From Lytechinus pictus (lineage: Eukaryota), in contig NC_087252.1 in the NCBI RefSeq assembly GCF_037042905.1, positions 38,378,001 through 38,442,000 of the forward strand: a DNA stretch of 64,000 bases. Direction: 5' to 3'. A program made the translations under genes and the position numbers. The notes under the pieces are model-generated. The model worked only from the letters and a program-made list of their open reading frames with translations. It was not told the DNA's origin and did not search any database. This document shows, piece by piece, positions 52,401-64,000 of this stretch (the stretch's first letter is position 1; the number at the start of each line of letters is the position of its first letter).

Positions 52401-55299
52401 ATTGGATACCTATGTGTAAGCATTTTCTCCCACGCCCTCTTTTGACAAAGAGTTACACTATCATGGTAATACCGTGTGAGGTTAAAATACGTCATCATGC
52501 CAGATGTTAATTATTTTGGAACATTATTTATCGAAAGTAACATGGGACATGAAAAGGTGTTTATTCAAAACTTTGCATCCACTTTAGGGGAGAATCACAT
52601 TTTCTATCTTTCGAGTGCAAACAGGGGATGAAATAATGTTTGGTATTCAATTATTTCGACATTCTGCTCTGCTTTATTCACCTTTTTTTTCGTTACATTT
52701 TGTTCTCTTTTTTATTTACATATTATTTGTATGCCTTTTTTATTGCGAGTAATCCAACTGGCTACATAATTTGAAATTGGCAGCTCCTCTGTTCTCCTTC
52801 TAATATAACGTTGTTGTTTTTTGTGATCAGTGTTTTTTTTTATCTGCTGGATTGCATTAGCCAGCTTTCACACCGCCACGCGGAACGAATACTAGAACAT
52901 AGTTAATGCATTGAAAACTCCTGTCAAAATATGACAATGAATAACATGAAGTTTTTGTCGAAAATTGGAGAATCAGAACAGCGGTTCGTTCTTAGTTTTG
53001 GAGCGGACGAAAAAAAAAATCAAATATGTCGCTTGTCAAGAGTCCAGGACGAAATTCCAGGGGGGGTTTTGTTTCATCAACATTGTTCATCCGACAAGTT
53101 GTCAGATCTGACAACTTTCGTTGAATTTGATTGGCTGAGAACCACTGTTGCTATGGTAACTGTCGGATAAAACTGGACTTGAAACGCTCCCCTGATTTGA
53201 GTTTTCGACAAAGACTTTTCAGTTGTTCATTGATTTTTGCGGGTTTTTTTTTAAGTGTTCTAAAGCAAATCTTTCTGCCCCATTCATCTCTTTTCCGACT
53301 CACACCGCCTTGCATTGGCGGCGAAAACTGCCTCGCTGCACATGACCATGGTGGCAATGAATACTTTAACTGGCGCTGCATTATTAATCGTCTGCTATGG
53401 GGCGCGTGCTAACGGACGGGGCATTGATCACCATCATGCGCCGAATCGTCGGACCCGAAACTCTGCTGGTTAACATCTTAAAAGACGCTGATATGTCACA
53501 GTCCATACTGAATAGGTCTCCCATCAACATGAGTATAGTGAATTGCTCAATTACATCTTGTGGAGGGTTTCATCAACATTCTGGTCCTCGTAACACAAAG
53601 GTTAGCGATTGATCGCAAATTTAAATTGGTCTGTCACAACCGTCGTTGCATATGTATTTTTCTCCGTAGACTGACTTGTTCTTTCAAATTAGCGATTAAT
53701 CGGTAACCCGTGTGTTACGGTGCCCTGGTCCGACAAAAAAAAAATTCAAACCGTGAAGGCGTTAGGAAACAAAACATGATATTATTGATAAGAATAATTC
53801 AAGAAATTTATACAAAATGTTTGGATATTGAAATGTGAACGATTAAATTAATTCTATATTCATATTCTTTTAAATTCGCCAATGGGATGGGCTAATCTAT
53901 ATTTTTGTTGTCCATTTCAAATACTGTTTTTGACAATGCACTTTCAGTCTTCTCGCTGTGATTATTATGGTTTCGTTAATTGCGATTTCTCTCGGTGAAT
54001 AAAAACAAAATCTATAAAGGGGCTGATTTTTTATGATTTTTTGTTCATGAGCTATGCTTTAATGTGCAAATTGGAGATGTTAGTGACGCTGCCAGCAATG
54101 CATCTCGGGTATTCACAATATTTTTTTTTTTTTAATTACATGCTCTACAAGTTTTCAAGACGGCACTTTTTGGAATATTTTTTTGTAAACACAAACTGTA
54201 AGGCATTTTCTAGACATAATTAAGCGGATAGGTTAGTTCTGAGATGATTAATCTCACCATCTTTTAATAAGATAATAAAAATATATCTTTTCAAAATGGT
54301 CAATTTTTTGTTCATTTTTGCCCAAAATTGAAGTTTTATTGACCTTGTCAATTTCCTCGTAAAAAACATGACAATTTTCATAGCAAAAATAAATGCGTAG
54401 AATTGATATGACAATTCTGTGCATTATTCATTATCATCATCATCATTATCAATTTACATCACCATTTTCCCTTAAAAAAGGGCTTATTTTCTCAAGCACC
54501 ATTGCCAACAATTCTTTCTTTGTCGACCATTCACCTCATTCAGAACAACCTCATTATTTTCTTATTTATCACTACTATGCCAGTGTTAACTTCAATTCAA
54601 TCTTTTTTTATTTTGTACCATTAGCCTCACAATCTATAATCTTTCACTGTTCACTGCTTTTTTACATTCTAATTATATTCTTTCATACCTGTTCACATGT
54701 GACGACAAGGCATCCAAACACACTTCAAACCACTTTCACACTGGAAAAATAATGAGAAATTTAGGCATGTGAAATAGAATGTTACAAATCTAACTTCAAA
54801 AGAAATGAAAGTGTGTTTATTTTGTTAATCTTTTATTAATCGTGTGATTTTGCCGTGGTCTCCTCTTCTTCGATTGCATATGCTACTTCGCTTTTCTTTT
54901 TTCTATTGTTAAATTCGATATGTTTTCTTTCTTATATCTCATTTTGCATCTTTTGACTGACATTCTTCCAGTCGACAATGTTTTGGATGACATAAGAGGT
55001 CCCATAGCCCCCTTGCTAAAATTCCTATTTCAGGATATGTTTGAAAATGTAAAAAAAATATTTTGTATATTCAACATGATCTTGTTCATAAATTTCCATA
55101 AATGCCCGGGCTGGTATTCTGAGATCTATTTTATCTAAATGTCTCGTTTTATCTATTACCGTTATTTCATCTATATAATCTAAGGAACGCCTATTCATGA
55201 AGCAATATCCAATGAGAAAGTTTGTTTGAAAGCACTCTCATTGGATCATTGAACCATTGAAAATCCTTTTCGCCGGGGGGGGGGGGGGGCTGGGCAAAA

Positions 55300-56167
55300 A
55301 AGTGAGAGTGTATCAATCCTATTAAATAACAATGTAGGTCCACCATTAGGCAAATACGCGTCTTAAACGTGTTATATACAATTATAAGAAGAATTATTAG
55401 AGCAATTACATTCATTTATTTCCTCTTTAAGGATATTCATAGCATATAATGATTAAGAATATTCCAGAATATCTTAGTAAAGCTTTGTTAGGCATGCCTA
55501 CACCTATCTAAAGGCAAAGGAATTGTGTTATATCTGAATAGAGACTGCAACACAAAAGAGATTCCTAGTGGTAGTGAAAAGGACAATAGGATTAGCTTTT
55601 TTGTTATATTGTTAATTTCACTGAGGTCATTCAAGAGTCTTCTAGAATTTGACTGCTCTAGAAATTGGTAGAATTTTCTTTTTGTAGACAATTACCAGAA
55701 GCTTCCAGAATAGTGAATAATTTGTATATAAGCTGGCAGTTTCTTCAAGGACATCATCACATCATATCAGATCAGAACTCAGAGTTTCACACCAGACTTT
55801 ATGTCAGAGCATAGTTCATTTCCACCTGGAATACAACATTTATTTTCTGTGGAATTATTTGCACGCCATCAATGAACTGTTTGCAGTTACTTTGAGAGAG
55901 GAATTCTCAGTTCTCATCGAAATCGTCAACCTGTTTTAATGAACGCTTTGCAACCCATGGATTGCTGAAATTGACTGTTAATCATCTTCAACATTGTCTT
56001 CACGGACATTTTAACTGGTTACAGTGACTCTTGTTATTCATCATGCTACAACATCAATTTCATCATCGCCATCATTGTGAACTTAATTTAAGGAATTTTC
56101 GCCAGCCAACTTGGGATATTTCTGGATTTAACTTTGGATTTTAATCAGAACTGACATTTCAAGAGAT
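55300..56167 (+). other. Possible first (5'UTR) exon of a divergently transcribed gene; start approximate
   Basis: Non-repetitive sequence ending in a donor-like GAGAT|gtaaga at 56167/56168, upstream of a signal-peptide-like exon. Confidence 0.3.
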
Positions 56168-57712
56168 GTAAGATTAATATTTATTTGTTTTGTTTAGTGA
56201 TCCATATATTTCCTGTAATAAAAGAAAAGGAAATAAAATTTAAAACTAAATTTTCATTGTTATTTGTTGCAGTATCGTAACAAACGTTCTTTACTGGGGT
56301 GTCGTAAACAGTTAGCAACACTGACCTTTTCCTAGACGTTTTCATCATTACATGCATCATTCTATGCACTGGCGGATCCACGGGACAGTCGGCTCGAGCC
56401 CCCCCCCCCCCCCCCCCCCCACAATTGAAAATGAATGGCCTTTTTTTTTGCGTGGACGAAATATACAAATTTTTTGGTTGAAAACCTCGTTTTATGTTTT
56501 GCTTGTTAATTTTTTTTGGTGGACGAAATGTAACAAATTTTTGTTTGAAAACTTTTTTTTTATGGTAAAATTTTTCCTCGGGAAAATGTGCCCCCCCCCC
56601 CCTTTTTTAAAGAAAATCCTGGATCCGCCCCTGAATCTATGATACTATTAATCAACGTAGTCTTTTGAGATATTTCATTATCAATATTAGTATCTAAGAT
56701 TTTCTGTTATATTCTTATCTTTTCCATCTCAACATAATGCTGAAATTTGCTTCGCAGAGATTAGGGCCTGCATAACCCCAACCGTATTTTAATTTTTACT
56801 TTCATTTTTCAAAGCAACATTGGTGTACGAATATCTTACGCGTAGCGGCGTAGGTATATTTTCGAAACAGCTATGCAGACGCTTTCTGGAACGTAGAGAA
56901 TCTATTGTCGAATACTCCAGCCCCCCCCCCCCCCCGATCAATTTATTTTTTGATGTAGGGTCTTTCTTTTCTATTTCTATTAAATCTTTATCTGCTTTTT
57001 TTTGCAGTATACAAGGGATCAGCCTAGACAGGCCAATGGCCTATTGCTGATCCCCCCACATCCACTGCTACATAATATTATTCACTCCTATCCGTCCACT
57101 TTTTTACAATTGATTTATCGTGTATTTTTTTTCTTCTTTGTTTCTATTGTGTACATTTGTATGAATATGTTTTACATTGTATCTGATATTTGAATGTTTT
57201 ATGAGAGATGTGAAATACATGAAGCTGAAACTGAACTGAAATGCCCTTCATGACAATGATATTTTTTGTCGAGGTTCGGTGATTCAAATCATCAGTTTCA
57301 TTCTTCGCCCTGGAAAAACGTTCTTTCGTGAGCTCTTAAACGTCGGACGAAAATGCCGTTCTGATTCATCGACCCACGACAAAGTCTTCATTGTGTTTGA
57401 CTTGCATTTTCAGTGCATTTGCTGCGTTGTAGGATTCATTCCCCGTTTCTGATCGAAAATTCGATGATATCATACATGTATACAAGCTAAATGTGACAAC
57501 GCGGGCACAGGTCTGACACGCATCATTCATAGAGATACAACTTTTAATCTTATCTCAGATAAAATTCGGGATATAATTTGAGAGATAAAAACTAATCTCA
57601 GAAAACCATTTTCATCTTGAACACATAATAAAAAAAGAGGTAACTTATTTCAAAGCCGTCCCGTGCTATTGGTATCCTGCTACGAAATATATGACAGAAT
57701 TAATCAATATTT

Positions 57713-57849
57713 NNNNNNNNNNNNNNNNNNNNNNNNNNNNNNNNNNNNNNNNNNNNNNNNNNNNNNNNNNNNNNNNNNNNNNNNNNNNNNNNNNNNNNNN
57801 NNNNNNNNNNNNNNNNNNNNNNNNNNNNNNNNNNNNNNNNNNNNNNNNN
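57713..57849. other. Assembly gap (137 N)
   Basis: Run of N. Confidence 1.
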
Positions 57850-58064
57850 ATCACATATTGCGCACTATGTATCGAAAACTCAACCCATCATAATTCTATG
57901 ATTCATTACGTCAATGGCCGGTATAGCGACATCTATGGGTAAAATTACATTAAAAAAGTACTAGTAATGACGACATTGTGTTTGTTGTTCATGTAGATAT
58001 GATTAAATCATTATATCCTGAAGCATATATCAGTTCTCATACATCGATTGTTTTCTCCACAATT

Positions 58065-58137
58065 ATGCTGGAATGCTTTTTTGTACGGCCAGTTCTGATG
58101 TGTTTGTCTTCTTTTACTATATCCTATTCATTCCAAG
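58065..58137 (+). CDS. Putative signal-peptide exon of a plus-strand secreted/membrane protein gene, copy A (MLECFFVRPVLMCLSSFTISYSFQ)
   Basis: ATG, short hydrophobic peptide, consensus phase-1 donor CAAG|gtaagt. Candidate acceptor cctgaag| near 58023. No downstream exon identified in the window. Confidence 0.5.
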
Positions 58138-60147
58138 GTAAGTATTTTACTTTTCTTTATTAAAAAAAAAGATTTGACTAACATAAATCATCTACTTTGT
58201 ACATAAACAACTAATATAAGCTGGGTTACGAGATTTGGACAGTCAATATAAAGGACATTCCGAGGTCAAGTTCGTGGCGTAATGGGACAAATATGTTTAG
58301 AGGGGTAAACATGGCGTACGGGGCAAAATATAAAAAAATTGAGCGAGCGAGTAAAAATTTTGACCCTGAAAAGAAAATCGAATTTTGTGATAGATTTGAA
58401 ATAATACTCAAAACAACGGCATTACATTTCACCATTTCCCCTTACCTCGTGTGCATATGAGAACAAACCTAATGCTCGAATATTCTCATATAAATGTGTT
58501 AACAATCGTAAATGTGTGCCAAAACGGCTTCCCGCACAGAATCATATTGAAAGCGGGAAAAGTTTGCTAAAAACGGGACTGTCCTTTAAAATTCGAGACT
58601 TGTCGCCCTGAACATACATGTGGGTTGTGCGCAATATATATACATACCGACAACAAAATTCTATAGGCCAGTATCTCCCCATTTTGGTTTTATAAAAACA
58701 AAATCCGGAGGTTGGACTTCCTTCCTCTTGTAAAATCATTGGAAGCAAGCAAGACCTGGCAGAAGATTGTAAAATTGATACGGAATCATCTTGGAAGAGG
58801 TATTTGTATCAATCCATCACAAAATTGATCAAAACCAATGTGCACATACCTGGTAGTCTCAGACTAGTGGTCAATCATAGATGCAGTACTCATATTAACC
58901 CATATACTCTACCAGCATTTAGATTATGTTAGGTCGCCTCGCGGATCCAGGGGGGCACAGCCGGCCCGTGCTCCCCGTTTTAGATTTTTAGAGGCTTGTC
59001 ATTTTTTTCCTCGGAAAAAATGTGACCCCCCTCTCCTCCAGAAAATCCTGGATACGCCCCTGGGTAGGTGTAATGCAAGAGCTACATATGTGGATTTTTC
59101 ATCTGCATTTAATACTATCCAGCCATATAAGTTCATAGAAAATTAAGTTTCTTAGATGTTAATTTGTCTCTAAGTTCTATAGACATATGACTTTTTACTT
59201 GATAGACCCCTTGGATTTGGGATTTGTGACGTGTTTGAGTTTTAATAGCATGACAGATCAGTAGGGTAATGTGTAAACAGTTAATTTGAGGAGGCCCTGA
59301 CATGGTATACGGGGCAAAATTTTCTATTAAAAAGGCTACGAGCGACCAAAATGAGCCAGAAGAAAAATGATAATTTTGAATTCAAAAATCTTATCTTGTC
59401 ATAGATTGTGACGTAATATTTTTAAGTCATATTTCTTCCTTCCTTTTTCTATTGTTTCTCCTTTCTCTTAATCCTGATTTTTTTTTTTTTTGGGGGGGGG
59501 TTCATGGCCCCGAATTCCCTCATCTGTACGTCAGTGTAACAGATGTCAGGTAAATTTGATATAAGATTAAAAGCAAAAGCAAAGAGGTGATATTGGTCAA
59601 GATACAATAATGGTTCAATTGCTAATTGCCCCATTAGACAGTTTCTATACACTTTTTTTTTATCATTTAAACAAGAATAAAGGAGAAACGAAATTCCAAT
59701 GGAGTAATCATGTAATAAAGGGTGTTTCGATCGATTATCAAATATTTATCTTCAAGTGGTAAAAGATGTAAAGTGAGATAAAAACAATGACCCCTTGACT
59801 TCATTGAAAAACAGAGACATTATATCAATGGCTCTGAATGGGTGAACCATCCGGCCATCTTTTAAAAGTATTTATTAAGTATTCATTGTATTAATATTCT
59901 TATCTGTAACCTTTTACTACTCTACATTGTTACCGTGAATAAAACCAAACCAAACAAACTACCAATAATGCGTATAGATAATCCTTATGTTAGAAACAAG
60001 ATGGCTTTAGGAAGTATAAAGGCGGGGCGGAGTGACGTCACATCCGCTTAATGGGTAAACTCGATTACCACGACGTTCAGCACTCTGACTCTGCCTTTCT
60101 TGTAAACATGATATGAAGTGCTGTATGAATGTTAATAGTTGTGTTAA

Positions 60148-60750
60148 AGGAAACCAAAACCTAAGAGAAATAGCAACAGTGTTTGAAAGAGTGAAATGAG
60201 ATAAACAATTTGAGACAAGTTTCATCAAAATCGGTTTAAAAATAAGCATGTTACAGACATTTAAAAAGTATTGTTGTACATTATATGGGGATCCTCAAAT
60301 TGGCAGATTTGCTTCATTATGGCTGATTTTGTGGACAATTCTCCATTTGTTTTGTACACAAATTTTCAGATTTCCCCCTTTATGTTGAATATTTCACATT
60401 GTCTCCTCCAGACCTTAACATATGTGGTGTGAATTAAATTTTCCCATGACATATGTTATGCTCAGAAGGAGGCAATATGAAATTTGAAAGATAATGTGGA
60501 AAAACTGAAAATTTGTGTACAAATTAACAAATGGAGAATTGTCCAAAAAATCTGTCATTCTAAAGCAAGGTGTAGCAAATTGGAGGACCCGGGCCCCATA
60601 GAAAGTAGAAGACTCTTTACCCCCCCCCCCCCCCTCCCCCTGACTTGCTCATATTAACCGATTTTTTATGGAACTTGTTTTAAATTGTTCCTACCATTTT
60701 ACCCTTTCCAATAAAATTGCTTTTTTGTGGGGTTTTGCTTAGTTTCCTTT
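60148..60750. mobile_element. Kolobok-like non-autonomous element
   Basis: TTAA-AGGAAAC ... GTTTCCT(TT)-TTAA ends; internal inverted segments. Confidence 0.65.
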
Positions 60751-61382
60751 TTAAATCATAATTAGGGGGGCGGGGGTTTGGGTATCCAAAAGTGAGGGGG
60801 TTTAAACACCTGTAAACTACCACCCCCCCCCCCTCCCCCCCCCCCCCTGCGTACGCCACTGCTACTAGGATTTTTTTTTCTTTTTTGAATCTTTATTGCT
60901 TCAATAAAACAGAATATATGTACAATATTCATCGTGTACAACAAGATACATCAATATTCATCGTAATGATGTAATGAAGCTACTAGGAATGTTTCTAAAA
61001 ATCATTTTGCAAATTATTCCACGCAGACTTGCCAGAAAATAAAATTTATAGTTCACCCAAATTGGTGTTAGTTTTGTCAAGATTCACACTTCGCATTTCT
61101 TGTATTGCTGCGATGGTCGATGTTTCTATAAATAAATAGTAATGAATTTATGCAGCAGCCGATTATTAATCAAATCTTGCAAAAATACGCCTATCAAATA
61201 TTGGAATCGTTTAGAAATATCCAGATTTCTTAAATCACGAAATAAACGAGCAGAGTGATAAGTACATACATTGTTTTGTTAAATATAACATAATACTACA
61301 ATATATTATTATCATTAGTTGTTCATTTTAAAGCGTTTAAGTCATATTTTTTGTAAAGCGCTATATAAGTACATGTTATGTA

Positions 61383-61419
<37 letters not shown>

Positions 61420-62164
61420 ATGTATGTATGTATGCATGTATGTAAGTATGATGGCTGTCTGTCATTAATCTAGCTATTCTTTTTGAAGTAATAATATGGG
61501 AATCAGGACTGTTTTGCATGTCCCACCTCCAAGCCATATGTTATATGTGGTGAAATCACGAGTTGTATAACATGCCTGTGACTAGCTTTGTTTAACATAG
61601 TTCCGCAATTTACATAGTATTCCATTCATTCATATTTTTTTGCCTCAGTTCATTACGTACATTAACATCGTGTCTTTTTCCATGTAAGGTTTTAAGGAAG
61701 GCCTTTTTAATTTTTAAGTGGATTTAAGTGGACATTCATAAGAGGTTTTGTAATTTTATTTCTTTAGCGTAGGTAATATTTGGATTAGTATCGCCGAATA
61801 ATATGATCAACTTCCCCTTTTAATTGCCATGATTGTATATTTATGTCATAGTTAATGAAGACAGACAAGAGAGAGTAGCGGATAAGTGAAAAGGGGAGAA
61901 CTTGTTTTTTTCCTTAACACAACGGCGATCGAGCTTTAAGATGCGTTATAATTGTTACCACAGTTTTATACCTAAAATAAATTTAGCATGAATGATTGAG
62001 TTTTTATATCATGGCGAAAACCAGTCAATCCTTGAAAAGGCATAGAATCGCAAATAAATGGAGGGGCTGGTCCTTTGGGGGGTAAGAACCTGTCATATCA
62101 CTCTGTATGTATCAAATGAAGGCTGCAGTCATTGGTTTAAACAGTTCTAGCCATTTATATTAAT

Positions 62165-62570
62165 GAGACATTAAAAAAAATGTATATAATAAATTATTGA
62201 ATTATATTGATAAAAACAATATTTTATACGAAAGACAATTTGGTTTTAGACAAGGTCACTCAACGAGCACTGCTCTTTTAGATTTCACAAACACTCTTGC
62301 CAATGTTTTTTAACAGAAAAGGTTTGTAATTGGAATATTTCTGGACCTTTTAAAGCCGTTTGATTGCATTGATCACCATATATTATTGCAGAAACTAGAA
62401 TATTACGGTATCAGGGGAAATATACACAATTGGTTTAAAAGTTATCTTTATAATAGAAAGCAGTTTGTATGTATTGACAATGTATCATCTGATCAACTTG
62501 ATTTAACTGTCGGAGTGCCACAAGGGTCAATCCTCGGGCCTTTGCTCTTTTTAATATTTGTAAATGATTT
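62165..62570 (+). mobile_element. Truncated, degenerate non-LTR retrotransposon RT fragment (CR1/L2/Jockey-group-like)
   Basis: QFGFRQGHST, GIFLD..FDCIDHHILLQKLEYYGIRG, WFKSYL-NRKQFV, GVPQGSILGPLLFLIFVND. Stop and frameshift upstream; breaks off before YADD. Confidence 0.92.
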
Positions 62571-64000
62571 TCAATTCGTTCCTAGCTCTGGAAAAACGAC
62601 ATTTGCTGTTTTTTCGGGAGCTCTTAAACGTCAGACGAAATTGTTGTTCCGGTTCATCGACCCACGACAAAAACTTCTTTGTGATTTGACTTACATTTTC
62701 AGTGCATTTGCTGCGTTGTAGGATTCATTCCCCGTTTCTGATCGAAAATTCGATGATATCATACATGTATACAAGCTAGATGTGACAACGCAGGCACAGG
62801 TCTGACACGCATCATCCATAGAGATACAACTTTTAATCTTATCTCAGATAAAATTCGGGATATCATTTGAGAGATAAAAAATAATCTCAGAAAACCATTT
62901 TCATCTTGAACACATAATAAAAAAAGAGGTAACTTATTTTAAAGCCGTCCCGTGCTATTGGTATCCTGCTACGAAATATATGACAGAATTAATCAATATT
63001 TAATGAATATTTGAATATAAATATTTAATATATATATATATATATATAGCTATATATATATATGTATATGTATATGTATATTGCTAACTCGCTTCAATCA
63101 CATATTGCGCACTATGTATCGAAAACTCAACCCATCATAATTCTATGATTCATTACGTCAATGGCCGGTATAGCGACATCTATGGGTAAAATTACATTAA
63201 AAAAGTATTAGTAATGACGACATTGTGTTTGTTGTTCATGTAGATAGGATTAAATCATTATATCCTGAAGCAGATATCAGTTCTCATACATCGATTGTTT
63301 TCTCCACAATTATGCTGGAATGTACCGGCCAACTTGCTTTTTTGTACGGCCAGTTCTGATGTGTCTGTCTTCTTTTACTATATCCTATTCATTCCAATGT
63401 AAGTATTTTACTTTTCTTTATTAACAAAAAAGATTTGACTAACATAAATCATCTACTTTGTACATAAACAACTAATATAAGCTGGGTTACGAGATTTGGA
63501 CAGTCAATATAAAGGACATTTCGAGGTCAAGTTCGTGGCGTAATGGGCCAAATATTTTTAGAGGGGTAAACATGGCGTACGGGGCAAAAAAAATAAAAAA
63601 ATTGAGCGAGCGAGTAAAAAATTTGGCCCTTAAAAGAAAATCGTATTTTGTGATAGATTTGAAATAATACTCAAAACAACGGCATTAGATTTCACCATTT
63701 CCCCTTACCTCGTGTGCATATGAGAACAAACGTAATGCTTGCATATGCTCATATAAATGTGTTAACAATCGTAAATGCGGGCCAAAACGGCTTCCCGCAC
63801 AGAATCATATTGAAAGCGGGAAAAGTTTGCTAAAAACGGGACTGTCCTTTAAAATCTGAGACTTCTGGTCGCCCTGAACATACATGTGGGTTGTGCGCAA
63901 TATATATACATACCGACAACAAAATTCTATAGGCCAGTATCTTCCCATGTTGGTTTTATAAAAACAAAATCCAGAGGTTGGACTTCCTTCCTCTTGTAAA
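62570..64000 (+). repeat. Local duplication, copy B (runs to window end)
   Basis: Direct repeat of 57295-58732, offset about 5.3 kb. Confidence 0.95.
63320..63398 (+). CDS. Putative signal-peptide exon, copy B (MYRPTCFFVRPVLMCLSSFTISYSFQ)
   Basis: Paralogous to 58065-58137. ATG in frame with phase-1 donor CAAT|gtaagt. Confidence 0.45.

Larger units (their letters stand above)
57295..58732 (+). repeat. Local duplication, copy A
   Basis: Near-identical to 62570-64000, with scattered substitutions and small indels. Confidence 0.95.

Noticed and set aside
62386-62721. 111-aa ORF as a functional gene
   Set aside because: Chimera of a decayed LINE RT fragment and non-coding duplicated sequence; no YADD motif.

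Overview
AT-rich, repeat-dense animal genomic DNA. The SINE, MITE and foldback repertoire suggests an echinoderm such as a sea urchin; this is inference. Most of the window (about 438-52400) holds one minus-strand, intron-rich gene that the ORF track misses. Splice-site and phase analysis rebuilds it as a signal peptide plus three Ig domains, an IgLON/lachesin/DIP-like cell-adhesion protein whose 3' end probably runs off the left edge. A probable second secreted-protein gene starts head-to-head on the plus strand. Its signal-peptide exon lies in a ~1.4 kb segment present twice (57.3-58.7 kb and 62.6-64.0 kb), and the second copy is fused to a truncated LINE RT. The introns hold many non-autonomous DNA transposons (PIF/Harbinger-, hAT-, Kolobok-, piggyBac- and CACTA-like MITEs), two foldback elements built from short tandem repeats (one TU/Puppy-like with an 8-bp TSD), SINE/LINE relics, mini- and microsatellites. 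The most striking single signal is an intact minimal Penelope-type hammerhead ribozyme (42424-42461) ending a ~2 kb strand-skewed element with no recognisable RT or endonuclease. One assembly gap is at 57713-57849.
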